Shown here one piece after another: positions 8,312 through 16,545 of a DNA stretch of 64,000 nt. Origin of the DNA: a virus. A model generated the notes under the pieces. The model made no database searches and had not been told where the DNA came from. It saw only the letters and a program-made list of their open reading frames with translations. The stretch is from the IMG/VR virus record IMGVR_UViG_3300032323_002909, positions 1-64,000 of that record; one strand, given 5' to 3'. The position numbers and the translations under genes are program-made. Every line of letters begins with the position of its first letter. Positions within the stretch are counted from its first letter, which is position 1.

Positions 8312-8389
8312 GCCTTGGTATCGGAACTGACTTCTAATCAGTAGCACCGTAACGGATCAATGGAGGTTCGAGTCCTCTCCAAGGCACCA
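8312..8389 (+). tRNA. atypical D-armless tRNA-Arg(TCT)-like RNA
   Basis: Perfect GCCTTGG/CCAAGGC acceptor plus ACCA, ACTGA-CTTCTAA-TCAGT, canonical T-arm; only 7 nt in place of the D-arm. Confidence 0.7.
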
Positions 8390-8397
8390 CTTTCAAT

Positions 8398-8474
8398 CGT
8401 CCAGTAGCTCAGGTGGTAAGAGCGCGTGCCTTATAAGTGCGAGGTCATGGGTTCAAAACCCATCTGGACAACCA
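8398..8474 (+). tRNA. tRNA-Ile(TAT)
   Basis: TAGCTCAGGTGGTAAGAGC D-arm, CGTGC-CTTATAA-GTGCG, T-arm, CCA; C1:A72 mismatch. Confidence 0.85.
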
Positions 8475-8618
8475 CTTAAACAAAAATGACACTTATAGCA
8501 ATAATACTTACACTTTTTTCACTGGAAACTAGAACAATTATTTTACCACTTGCAACTGTTGGAGCATGGATATACGTTTGGATGCATTAAAAACCACATT
8601 ACCATAACCACACACGAT

Positions 8619-8798
8619 ATGAGACAATACACAAACCGATTGATTGAATTAGTAGAGGAAGGTATCTTAGATGCTGAAAACGTAATGAGAGCTTGTCTTA
8701 GTTATATGTCAGAGCATGAAGTTCAAGACCTATGTGAGAGTGAAGGATATATCGAGGAAGAGGAAGAAGATGAATCTGGTATTCCTTGGGAAGAATAA
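8619..8798 (+). CDS. small acidic protein (paralog of 15149..15337)
   Basis: MRQYTNRLIELVEEGILD...ACLSYMSE; Glu-rich tail; start set by cassette motif. Confidence 0.75.
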   Translation: MRQYTNRLIELVEEGILDAENVMRACLSYMSEHEVQDLCESEGYIEEEEEDESGIPWEE

Positions 8799-8848
8799 AA
8801 ACCACATTAAAGTAATTGCGCTCCCTGCAACAACAACCATAAACACAC

Positions 8849-9130
8849 ATGACTAACCAAATTGATACAAGCAACCCACGTCACGCCGCAGCATACACGC
8901 TTGCAGCAGGACATTTTCTCTCTGACCTTGGAGGCTACGAGGGTATGGAATTGGAAACCCTTCTCAACCTCGATGAGGATGATGCAACTCCAGAGCAGTT
9001 GGCGAAACGCAGCAAGATCATTCTGTGGGGTGTCTTTGAAAGAGGATGTGACCGTATGGATGATCCATATCTTTACGTTGCTGACATTATTGAGATGTTG
9101 GCACTTGATTTTCTCAACTTCAACGCCTAA
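8849..9130 (+). CDS. hypothetical acidic protein
   Basis: 93 aa, bounded by cassette motifs. Confidence 0.65.
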   Translation: MTNQIDTSNPRHAAAYTLAAGHFLSDLGGYEGMELETLLNLDEDDATPEQLAKRSKIILWGVFERGCDRMDDPYLYVADIIEMLALDFLNFNA

Positions 9131-9187
9131 TAAAAACCACATTAAAGTAATTGCGCTCCCTGTAACAATAAACAACTAACTACTACT

Positions 9188-9388
9188 ATGACCTACAAAG
9201 TATTTAATGCCAACCTCGTCTTAGGTGAGAATCATGTTCAATCAAATCTCCGCACTATCTTGACTCGAAAAGAGACTGATGTGATTGAGAGTCTGATGCT
9301 TGCCCTCTCTAATGCAGGTATCGAGCTTCCCATCAAGGAAACACAAATTGCGTTGGAGGCTTGTGCCGACGCCTTGGGTAACAACTAA
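9188..9388 (+). CDS. hypothetical protein
   Basis: 66 aa after cassette motif. Confidence 0.6.
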   Translation: MTYKVFNANLVLGENHVQSNLRTILTRKETDVIESLMLALSNAGIELPIKETQIALEACADALGNN

Positions 9389-9414
9389 TCAACAACAACT
9401 AACTAACTACTACT

Positions 9415-9918
9415 ATGCCAAACTGGAACGAAAATCGCCTTGTAATCAAAAACGACACTCCTGCTCTACGTGACTATCTCAAAGAGAACGGCTTGAGCTT
9501 CAAGAAAATTGCGCCACCCGCTTGTCCAGAAGAGCGCGATGAAACTGGATGGAACATCGTTGCCGCTCAAACTGCTGCTTGGGGAACTAAGTGGGATCTG
9601 GATGACAACGAACAAAAACACGCTGCCAACGATCTTATCGAAAACGGTGAATGCAGATTCGATACCGCTTGGTCTCCTCCTATTGAGGCTATCGCCAAAC
9701 TCTCAGAACAGTTCCCAGAAGTTGATTTTGAGCTTCATTACAACGAACCAGGCTGTGCCTTTTATGGGACTGCTTACATCTCTGATGGCGTGGTCAATGA
9801 TGAATGCTCTAACATTGGAGACAAAGACGATTATTTCTCGTTCTTGGTTGAGTTTATGGGTCATGATCAAGAGGATGCGGAAGAAGCCGCAGGTCTTCAT
9901 GAAGACGAAGAAGAATAA
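9415..9918 (+). CDS. DUF1281/YubB-like ferredoxin-fold protein
   Basis: MPNWNEN...WGTKWD...FDTAWSPP...YNEPG motifs. Confidence 0.8.
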   Translation: MPNWNENRLVIKNDTPALRDYLKENGLSFKKIAPPACPEERDETGWNIVAAQTAAWGTKWDLDDNEQKHAANDLIENGECRFDTAWSPPIEAIAKLSEQFPEVDFELHYNEPGCAFYGTAYISDGVVNDECSNIGDKDDYFSFLVEFMGHDQEDAEEAAGLHEDEEE

Positions 9919-10009
9919 ACTTTCTATTGCATGGTAGTAAGTCCTCTCCCCTTGGTGGTGCTTGGGGAGAGGCAATCTTAAAAACCACATTACCATAACC
10001 ACACACGAT

Positions 10010-10405
10010 ATGATTACCAAAAACAATATGATCCCCACATTTACTCCAGATCAAAAAATCGAAAATCTCAAACTTGCTATCAAGGCACTGAGGGAGAATC
10101 CGATAAAGGCAAAACATAAAATGACAGATGAGTTGGGTGGTCGATGCTGCCTATGTGTCATTGCTCATGTTGCTGAAGATATCTGTGGTGTCAAGAGGAA
10201 TACTTTCTGTGACTTTCTAACACCAAATATCAATTTGAATAAAATTTTTCCATTCGATAATGTTAATGTCGGTGATAACATATTCTTACAAGGAGAATAT
10301 GCTAGTAATTGGAACGATGGGTGTAATGTAAAGGAAAAGACCCATGCAGAAATTGCTGACATGATCGAAGAGGAATTTATGATTACTGAAAAATCTCCAC
10401 TATGA
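10010..10405 (+). CDS. hypothetical protein (paralog of 11279..11653)
   Basis: LAIKALRENP..GGRCCLCV.AHVAEDI..WNDG..KTH.EIADM. Confidence 0.75.
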   Translation: MITKNNMIPTFTPDQKIENLKLAIKALRENPIKAKHKMTDELGGRCCLCVIAHVAEDICGVKRNTFCDFLTPNINLNKIFPFDNVNVGDNIFLQGEYASNWNDGCNVKEKTHAEIADMIEEEFMITEKSPL

Positions 10406-10596
10406 ACCAACATACATTTGCTGATCCATCAGATTATTTTCTAAAAATTACTACCCAAGATGGGAAAGAGATTATTATAGAAGATTACGATTATGTCAAG
10501 AACATCGACAACACATTACATTATTTCAAAAATAATGAGGTAATCGCTAAAGGTATTTTCGGCATATCATGCAAAAAATATCCTAAGACTGTGTAA
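10402..10596 (+). CDS. hypothetical protein
   Basis: 64 aa, stop overlaps cassette motif. Confidence 0.55.
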   Translation: MNQHTFADPSDYFLKITTQDGKEIIIEDYDYVKNIDNTLHYFKNNEVIAKGIFGISCKKYPKTV

Positions 10597-10623
10597 AAAC
10601 AACTATACTATTGCACCCACAAT

Positions 10624-10770
10624 ATGAACGAAGAACTTGTGACACTACGAAATGAGTTGGCAGATATTTACGAAGAGGTTGAACAATCTCATGGTAAGAA
10701 ATTGCACAAACTAATGGAGAAGGCTTACGAAATTCAAGATAAGATCGCAGAACTCGAAGGACAACTGTAA
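10624..10770 (+). CDS. hypothetical coiled-coil protein (48 aa)
   Basis: ORF read manually between motifs. Confidence 0.55.
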   Translation: MNEELVTLRNELADIYEEVEQSHGKKLHKLMEKAYEIQDKIAELEGQL

Positions 10771-10794
10771 AGACCACATTAAAATCACGCTATC

Positions 10795-11010
10795 ATGTTG
10801 AAAGAACTTAAACTGTCAAGAGATAAGAACGGTAACAAAATCGTCGTCGTTAAAGTCGATGGTCATCGTGCATTCAGTATTCAAACGAACGGTAACTTGT
10901 CAACGACTCATGTCCATGGCATCACCGAAAACACTTTGACACACATCAAACAATATGTTGATGCCTATGGCACACCTGCACAAAAACGTGCAGTTGAGGA
11001 CATTTTCTAA
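10795..11010 (+). CDS. hypothetical protein
   Basis: Cassette ORF. Confidence 0.65.
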   Translation: MLKELKLSRDKNGNKIVVVKVDGHRAFSIQTNGNLSTTHVHGITENTLTHIKQYVDAYGTPAQKRAVEDIF

Positions 11011-11032
11011 AAAACCACATTACAATAAGCGC

Positions 11033-11257
11033 ATGATCGAATACATCAAGATTCCTTGTTCTGATTCTTCTCGCATGGCAATCAACATCACAAAGAATGG
11101 TGAACCATTTGGACAACTCTGGTCTTGGAAAGATACCAAGATCGAGCAACATCCTTGGCATGTTCGTCTTCTGAATGGTCGATACAAGATTGAATGGGGA
11201 AAGAATAAATCCCACGCATTGAAGACTCTCAAGACATGGGTAGAATCCCATGCATAA
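11033..11257 (+). CDS. hypothetical protein
   Basis: Cassette ORF, start 6 nt after TACAAT. Confidence 0.65.
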   Translation: MIEYIKIPCSDSSRMAINITKNGEPFGQLWSWKDTKIEQHPWHVRLLNGRYKIEWGKNKSHALKTLKTWVESHA

Positions 11258-11278
11258 AAACCACATTATCATACTACC

Positions 11279-11653
11279 ATGATCGAACTGAAACAAACAT
11301 TCACGGAAGAACAAAAGAAAGAGAACCTTCGTCTTGCTATCAAAGCACTTAGGGAGAATCCCAAGAAAGCATTGGAAGAAATGCAGGACGAAAACGGTGG
11401 TCGATGCTGCCTGTGCGTTATGGCACATGTTGCAGAAGACATCATGGGCTATGAGAGGGATGAACTATGCGGCACTATGAGTCCATTGTTCAAAATGTCT
11501 GATGTGTTCGCAGTCCAAGAATTGGATATGTATCCAGATAATGTCAAGGTTGGTGAATACCTTGCCAGCAGATGGAACGATGGTGGCAATAATATCGAAG
11601 AAAAGACCCATGTCGAAATTGCTGACATGCTTGAGAAGGAATATCTGCAATAA
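11279..11653 (+). CDS. hypothetical protein (paralog of 10010..10405)
   Basis: Shared CCLC and WND motifs. Confidence 0.75.
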   Translation: MIELKQTFTEEQKKENLRLAIKALRENPKKALEEMQDENGGRCCLCVMAHVAEDIMGYERDELCGTMSPLFKMSDVFAVQELDMYPDNVKVGEYLASRWNDGGNNIEEKTHVEIADMLEKEYLQ

Positions 11654-11674
11654 AAACCACATTAGAATAGCGAC

Positions 11675-11836
11675 ATGCAACACCTCGTATTTGTAATTCA
11701 CGAAAAATACATCACCTATCGTATGAACGGTCAAAATGGTTCACATCCACTGTGTGGAGATTGCGCCATGGCAGTCATCGACTATCTGAAAAGACTCATA
11801 ACGCATAAGACATGCGAAATCATCAACCATAACTAA
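11675..11836 (+). CDS. hypothetical protein (53 aa, CxxC)
   Basis: Cassette ORF read manually. Confidence 0.5.
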   Translation: MQHLVFVIHEKYITYRMNGQNGSHPLCGDCAMAVIDYLKRLITHKTCEIINHN

Positions 11837-11842
11837 AATCAC

Positions 11843-12004
11843 ATGAAAGAAATTACACCAGAAGATTTGATTGCTTTACGCGAAGAAGAAAGCATTCTTG
11901 ATACCATTCTTCAGATCGGCAAGATTCGTGAATACTTTCCCGAAAAGGCAGATGCTGCTCTGGAAGCTATCAAGGGCATTCATGCCACTCTTTGGGAAGA
12001 ATAA
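11843..12004 (+). CDS. hypothetical protein (53 aa)
   Basis: ORF whose TAA starts the next motif. Confidence 0.55.
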   Translation: MKEITPEDLIALREEESILDTILQIGKIREYFPEKADAALEAIKGIHATLWEE

Positions 12005-12025
12005 AAACCACATTAGAATACACTC

Positions 12026-12340
12026 ATGCACAAGATTACAAAACAAAAGATGGTAGACTTCATCATGGCACAACCAGATAGTCGTCCAGTAAATATGCTC
12101 ACAAATTTGTTCACACATGGCGAAGATGAATGTGGTTGTCTGATGGTGGAATATGTCAAAGACCTATTTGAAATTGAAAAGGGACAAATTGCTGCTGGTA
12201 TAACCAATATAAGTATCAAAAATGATGACACGAAAATAAAATGTGTCGCGGAACTAGATTTTTCCATGCGAAACTTATTACAATCTTCTTTTGTCAATCC
12301 ATCCAAAACATTTGGTGAACTGAAGAAATGCCTTCTGTAA
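12026..12340 (+). CDS. hypothetical protein
   Basis: Cassette ORF. Confidence 0.65.
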   Translation: MHKITKQKMVDFIMAQPDSRPVNMLTNLFTHGEDECGCLMVEYVKDLFEIEKGQIAAGITNISIKNDDTKIKCVAELDFSMRNLLQSSFVNPSKTFGELKKCLL

Positions 12341-12382
12341 AAACCACATTACAATCCACACAACAAACAAGCACACACTATT

Positions 12383-12859
12383 ATGGGACTCGACATGTAT
12401 CTTAACCGCACGAATCGCACCAATCACACAATCGAAGAATTGCAGGAGATTGACCACGATGGAATAACGCCAGAAAGCCCAGAAGCTGCGCCGTTTCTGC
12501 CTCTCCGCAAGTATGAATATCTGGAGGATGTTTATAGCATCTTTCATCTGGTCGCATACTGGCGCAAATTCAACGCCTTACACAACTGGTTTGTCACTCG
12601 TGTGCAAGGTGGCGTTGATGAGTGCCAACTGTCAGAAATCGACGAGGAGACTCTTGTCGAACTGATTGATGACCTCAAAGCTGTCAGCAAGGGAGAAGTC
12701 ATTGAAGACTTAGAACCTGTCTCTGGTTTCTTCTTTGGTTCTACTGACAAGGATGAGTATTACCTTGAGCAGATCAATCATGCTCTGAATACTTTCGAGG
12801 ATGTTTTGAAGACCTTCGACTTCAAGAAATACCGACTCTTCTACCGCGCCAGTTGGTAA
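12383..12859 (+). CDS. conserved phage protein
   Basis: MGLDMYL...YWRKFNALHNWF...GFFFG...YRASW family. Confidence 0.8.
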   Translation: MGLDMYLNRTNRTNHTIEELQEIDHDGITPESPEAAPFLPLRKYEYLEDVYSIFHLVAYWRKFNALHNWFVTRVQGGVDECQLSEIDEETLVELIDDLKAVSKGEVIEDLEPVSGFFFGSTDKDEYYLEQINHALNTFEDVLKTFDFKKYRLFYRASW

Positions 12860-12880
12860 AAACTACATTAGAATCGTGCC

Positions 12881-13300
12881 ATGTCCGATACATACTACCG
12901 CAACGACACACCACAAAAAGTCCGTGATATTCTCGAAAATGCTCGTATATCAAATACCAGAGTCAAACTTTACTATGGTGATACCAAAAACGGTAAAGAT
13001 TGGATGGAAGAACATCACACAACAGGAAGAATTGGTCGTTCCACTGGTAGAGTGAAGATTCCTATTCTTTTGAGTAACTCACGTTCTCGTGGTGGCGTTG
13101 CAATTTCTGACAACAGCATAGTCAGAATCAAAGTGAATGGTCAAGAAGTCTATCGCCATCCACAATATCACCAGAAGAAGATTGAAATCGTTCGTGATGA
13201 AAAAAATGGTTATGAATACAGTATCAATCTTGATGGGGTGATTTATTCAAGACACAAGACATACAAAAGCGCGCAGTTACTTGCTGGTAAGCTATCGTAA
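12881..13300 (+). CDS. conserved hypothetical protein
   Basis: YGDTKNGKDW.EE...GRIGRSTG..KIPILL...RGG.AI motif. Confidence 0.75.
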   Translation: MSDTYYRNDTPQKVRDILENARISNTRVKLYYGDTKNGKDWMEEHHTTGRIGRSTGRVKIPILLSNSRSRGGVAISDNSIVRIKVNGQEVYRHPQYHQKKIEIVRDEKNGYEYSINLDGVIYSRHKTYKSAQLLAGKLS

Positions 13301-13321
13301 AAACTACATTAGAATCGTGCC

Positions 13322-13681
13322 ATGCCCACGAAAGTTCGAGTCTACTTTAACCTCCACAAGAAACTCCTGTCCGTTCAAACCAAGGTGAATGGACGATGGA
13401 AAGTCATCAAACATGTTGACGGGATTGCCTTGCGAGATGTTTGTTTTAAGGTCAGTGAAGTAGGAAGACAAAGAGTATTACGTGAAAAACGTAAGAATGT
13501 CCATGCTTTCATTGAGGGCGAAGAATGCCCTTTGTATGGTGACATCAACCGAAAACTTGATTGCAAAGTCACTTACAACCCTTACAAGTATGAAAAGTTC
13601 ACTACTTGTGAAAAATATGTTGACAAAGCAGAATATGCCCGTATTATTGGGCGCACAATCTTAGCAATCAATCCACAATAA
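13322..13681 (+). CDS. conserved phage protein
   Basis: VYFNLHK...GRQRVLREKRKNVHAF...YNPY family. Confidence 0.8.
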   Translation: MPTKVRVYFNLHKKLLSVQTKVNGRWKVIKHVDGIALRDVCFKVSEVGRQRVLREKRKNVHAFIEGEECPLYGDINRKLDCKVTYNPYKYEKFTTCEKYVDKAEYARIIGRTILAINPQ

Positions 13682-13685
13682 CACC

Positions 13686-13832
13686 ATGAAGAATATCAAA
13701 GCATTCATCTTAGGAGTAATCGAATTTAGAAGTCACATGACCACCAGTGTCAGCAATGATCTGATTGAAGTCTATGATCGTGGAAGAGAACTAGCACACC
13801 GTTTGACCTTTCGCAAATTTGAACAGGAATAA
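13686..13832 (+). CDS. hypothetical protein (48 aa)
   Basis: ORF read manually, stop in motif. Confidence 0.55.
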   Translation: MKNIKAFILGVIEFRSHMTTSVSNDLIEVYDRGRELAHRLTFRKFEQE

Positions 13833-13951
13833 AAACCACATTAGAATCGTGCCATGCCTGAAATTAACGACAACGACCTACAAGACTACATCGACTACAT
13901 CGTTTTCGGTGTGACAAAATGACGCAGTAAAGACCACAATAGAATAACGCT

Positions 13952-14236
13952 ATGACCAGAAACGGACTAATCAATCAGTTACTAATCACCAAACAAGTCG
14001 ATGCTCGATACATGGATGAATATGGAGATATCCACATGGAAAGTCTCGATGTTAGCTATCATCCTGTCTATGAACATGGAGGAGAATACATGGGAGAACA
14101 TTTCCTATTTGAATGGGAAGATGGTGGTGCTACTCTGTGGGTAGATGAAATGGATGAACTGGAGTATTCGGGAGACGAATGGGTATCTTTCCATGATCCT
14201 AACTATGGAACAATCGAGTTCAAGATACCCACGTAA
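13952..14236 (+). CDS. hypothetical acidic protein
   Basis: Cassette ORF. Confidence 0.65.
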   Translation: MTRNGLINQLLITKQVDARYMDEYGDIHMESLDVSYHPVYEHGGEYMGEHFLFEWEDGGATLWVDEMDELEYSGDEWVSFHDPNYGTIEFKIPT

Positions 14237-14266
14237 AAACTACAATAGAATAGTGCCACAATGAAT

Positions 14267-14350
14267 GGCAAGGTGGTGGAATTGGTAGACACTACAGACT
14301 TAAAATCTGTTGTTCATTTGAACGTGAGGGTTCGAGTCCCTTCCTTGCTA
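14267..14350 (+). tRNA. tRNA-Leu(TAA), no encoded CCA
   Basis: GGCAAGG/CCTTGCT acceptor, ACAGA-CTTAAAA-TCTGT, long variable arm, GGTTCGAGTCC. Confidence 0.92.
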
Positions 14351-14376
14351 CTTAAAGACTACAATAGAATCATAGC

Positions 14377-14565
14377 ATGACCGAAAACGAAAAACTGAGA
14401 AACGAAAACTGGGAACTTCAAAAGCGCATGAATGACTACCGTGGTGCGCTTTGCTTTCTCTCTGGTTACTTTATGGTAAGTGAACCATTGGTTCGTCGTA
14501 AGATTGAGCAGTTCCTAAAGGATGAGGATTTGGCGAAATTCGCAGACTTCAGTGGAGAGGAATAG
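14377..14565 (+). CDS. hypothetical protein
   Basis: Cassette ORF. Confidence 0.6.
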   Translation: MTENEKLRNENWELQKRMNDYRGALCFLSGYFMVSEPLVRRKIEQFLKDEDLAKFADFSGEE

Positions 14566-14714
14566 AAGAATAGTGAGACAAAATGACGCAGTAAAAACTA
14601 TATTAAACTAACGAAACGCGCTATCGAAAAAATGTTGGTCGTGACATAGCGCGACAAAATGACACACTTACTGTGACAAAATGACGCAGTAAAGACCACA
14701 TTAGAATAATTTAT

Positions 14715-14790
14715 GCGCTTGTAGCTCAGTGGTTAGAGCAGGGGTCTCATAAACCCTTGGTCACTGGTTCAAATCCAGTCGGGCGCACCA
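14715..14790 (+). tRNA. tRNA with CAT anticodon (Ile2-like; Met not excluded)
   Basis: GCGCTTG/CGGGCGC, TAGCTCAGTGGTTAGAGCA, CTCATAA loop, TTGGTC, CCA; resembles bacterial tRNA-Ile2. Confidence 0.9.
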
Positions 14791-14818
14791 CTCATAAAAA
14801 CCACATTAAACTACACCC

Positions 14819-15127
14819 ATGATATTAAACTTAACACCACACTCGATTACTGACACGGTGACTAACACCACATTTCCACCACACGGTTCTACTGTTCCCA
14901 GAGTAGCAACGACCTCTATCCAAGTGGGTGATATTGATGGAATACCATTGTTTGCCACGACCTTTGGTGACGTTCAAGATGCTCCACCAATTCAAGATGG
15001 TGTGTTCTACATCGTCAGTCTATTGGTAAAACAGGCATTACCACATCGTAAGGACTTGCTATCACCAGGAACTCTCGTTAGAGATGACAAGGGCAACCCC
15101 ATTGGATGCAAGGGATTCAACGCATAA
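14819..15127 (+). CDS. conserved hypothetical protein
   Basis: ILNLTPH...YIVS...RKDLLSP...VRDDKG.PIGC family. Confidence 0.8.
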   Translation: MILNLTPHSITDTVTNTTFPPHGSTVPRVATTSIQVGDIDGIPLFATTFGDVQDAPPIQDGVFYIVSLLVKQALPHRKDLLSPGTLVRDDKGNPIGCKGFNA

Positions 15128-15148
15128 AAACCACATTAAACTGCACTT

Positions 15149-15337
15149 ATGTCACGCTACTACACAAACCAACTGCTGGAAATGATCGAAGAAGGTATCC
15201 TTGATAAGGACACTGTTATTAACGCCTGTCTCTCATACATGTCTGAAGCTGAAGTTCAGGACATGATGGAATCGAATGAGTTCATCGAAGAAGAGGAAGA
15301 AGAGGAGGACGAGGAAGAAGAGGAAGAAGAGGAGTAA
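15149..15337 (+). CDS. small acidic protein with poly-Glu tail
   Basis: Paralog of 8619..8798. Confidence 0.75.
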   Translation: MSRYYTNQLLEMIEEGILDKDTVINACLSYMSEAEVQDMMESNEFIEEEEEEEDEEEEEEEE

Positions 15338-15358
15338 AAACCACCTTAAACTATTGCC

Positions 15359-15524
15359 ACGCCAGTTAATCACTGGCTAGTCGGGGGTGCGAAGCCGATG
15401 ATGAAGCACTGTGATTGGTGTAAAACACTGTAGGTAAATCCTCGCTAGGGGGAGCGTCATCCTTATGTCCCAGAGGGAAACCGTTGAAGGGGCATAGTCT
15501 TTCGAGACAAGGGAATCCCCACCA
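15359..15524 (+). ncRNA. putative structured ncRNA ending in acceptor-like stem plus CCA
   Basis: Occupies a whole cassette with no ORF; at least 7 hairpins; GGGGGT(15383)/ATCCCC(15515)-ACCA. Confidence 0.6.
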
Positions 15525-15554
15525 TCTTAAAAACCACATTAAACTGATGGCGTT

Positions 15555-15674
15555 ATGAAATACAAACACTGCACTATCCTCAAGGCAATCACTGGTTACA
15601 ATGTATATTCTTGCAATGACATTCACAATGTCTCTTCTATTACAGAAGCAAAAACACTCATCGACAGTCTGTAA
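15555..15674 (+). CDS. hypothetical protein (39 aa)
   Basis: Cassette ORF. Confidence 0.5.
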   Translation: MKYKHCTILKAITGYNVYSCNDIHNVSSITEAKTLIDSL

Positions 15675-15702
15675 AAACCACATTAAACTACTACCACACC
15701 AT

Positions 15703-16026
15703 ATGAAATACAACTGGAAACCTGTTATTAATTCGTTCTTCACCATCGCACTCGCCCATGGGTTCACCCTCCACACTGTAGACAACGGTGATGGCGAGGA
15801 TGTTCTTATGAATACCATCGAGGAAGCAGTGGAAGAAGTCGCTGCCACGGATCAATCTCACGTGGTTCTACTTGCTCCTGATGGCAAGCGTGTGTGGTTC
15901 TTTCTGGTTCTTGGCAACGAGCCATACGAAACGATCTGTGACTACTCTGTCTATGATCTGGCAGACGATGTGCATGCGGAGTTCTCAGACGAATGGGAAG
16001 GCAAACCCTGCCCACAAATCGCATAA
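15703..16026 (+). CDS. hypothetical acidic protein
   Basis: Cassette ORF; start corrected by motif. Confidence 0.7.
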   Translation: MKYNWKPVINSFFTIALAHGFTLHTVDNGDGEDVLMNTIEEAVEEVAATDQSHVVLLAPDGKRVWFFLVLGNEPYETICDYSVYDLADDVHAEFSDEWEGKPCPQIA

Positions 16027-16054
16027 AAACCACCGCAAACTATTGCCGCACCTT

Positions 16055-16153
16055 ATGCTGATTCTGATATTACTTTCCTTATTTGCGCTGGAATCGCGCT
16101 CTATAGTATTTGCTGTTGCAATAATAAGTTCTTGGATTTACTACTTCATCTGA
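16055..16153 (+). CDS. small hydrophobic peptide
   Basis: 32-aa cassette ORF. Confidence 0.4.
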   Translation: MLILILLSLFALESRSIVFAVAIISSWIYYFI

Positions 16154-16184
16154 TAAAAACCACATTAAACTACTGACACACCTT

Positions 16185-16451
16185 ATGACAAACACCGACA
16201 TTATTACTAAGTTCCTCAATGGCGCAATCACTGGCAAGATTCGTCGCACTAACTCCTACACAGGGGGAAATCACACTCCCTTGTTCATCGAGGGCGATAC
16301 CCTCTTTTCCTATGGTCATCACTATGAACTGGCAAAGCGCATGCCTGACGGTTCTGTGTGGGTGAACAATACACGCTACAGCGCAACCACAAGCAAGCAT
16401 GCTTCACTGGTTCGTTCCGTAGCGATTCGCAAGGGCATTGCCCTTTCCTAA
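16185..16451 (+). CDS. conserved hypothetical protein
   Basis: LFSYG.HY.LA...YSATTSKH motif. Confidence 0.75.
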   Translation: MTNTDIITKFLNGAITGKIRRTNSYTGGNHTPLFIEGDTLFSYGHHYELAKRMPDGSVWVNNTRYSATTSKHASLVRSVAIRKGIALS

Positions 16452-16545
16452 CTTTCTATTGGTTGACATGGCAAAAGTCCTCCCTCTCTGGTGGTTCGGA
16501 GAGGGGGGCAAGCCATGGTAAAAACCACATTAAACTGATGACGTT

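Noticed and set aside
8312-8389. Amber suppressor (CTA) tRNA or genetic-code reassignment
   Set aside because: The perfect ACTGA/TCAGT stem centres TCT, and core genes are intact under the standard code.
15383-15524. tmRNA
   Set aside because: Far too short, with no T-arm consensus or tag reading frame, despite the GGGGG...CCCCACCA ends.
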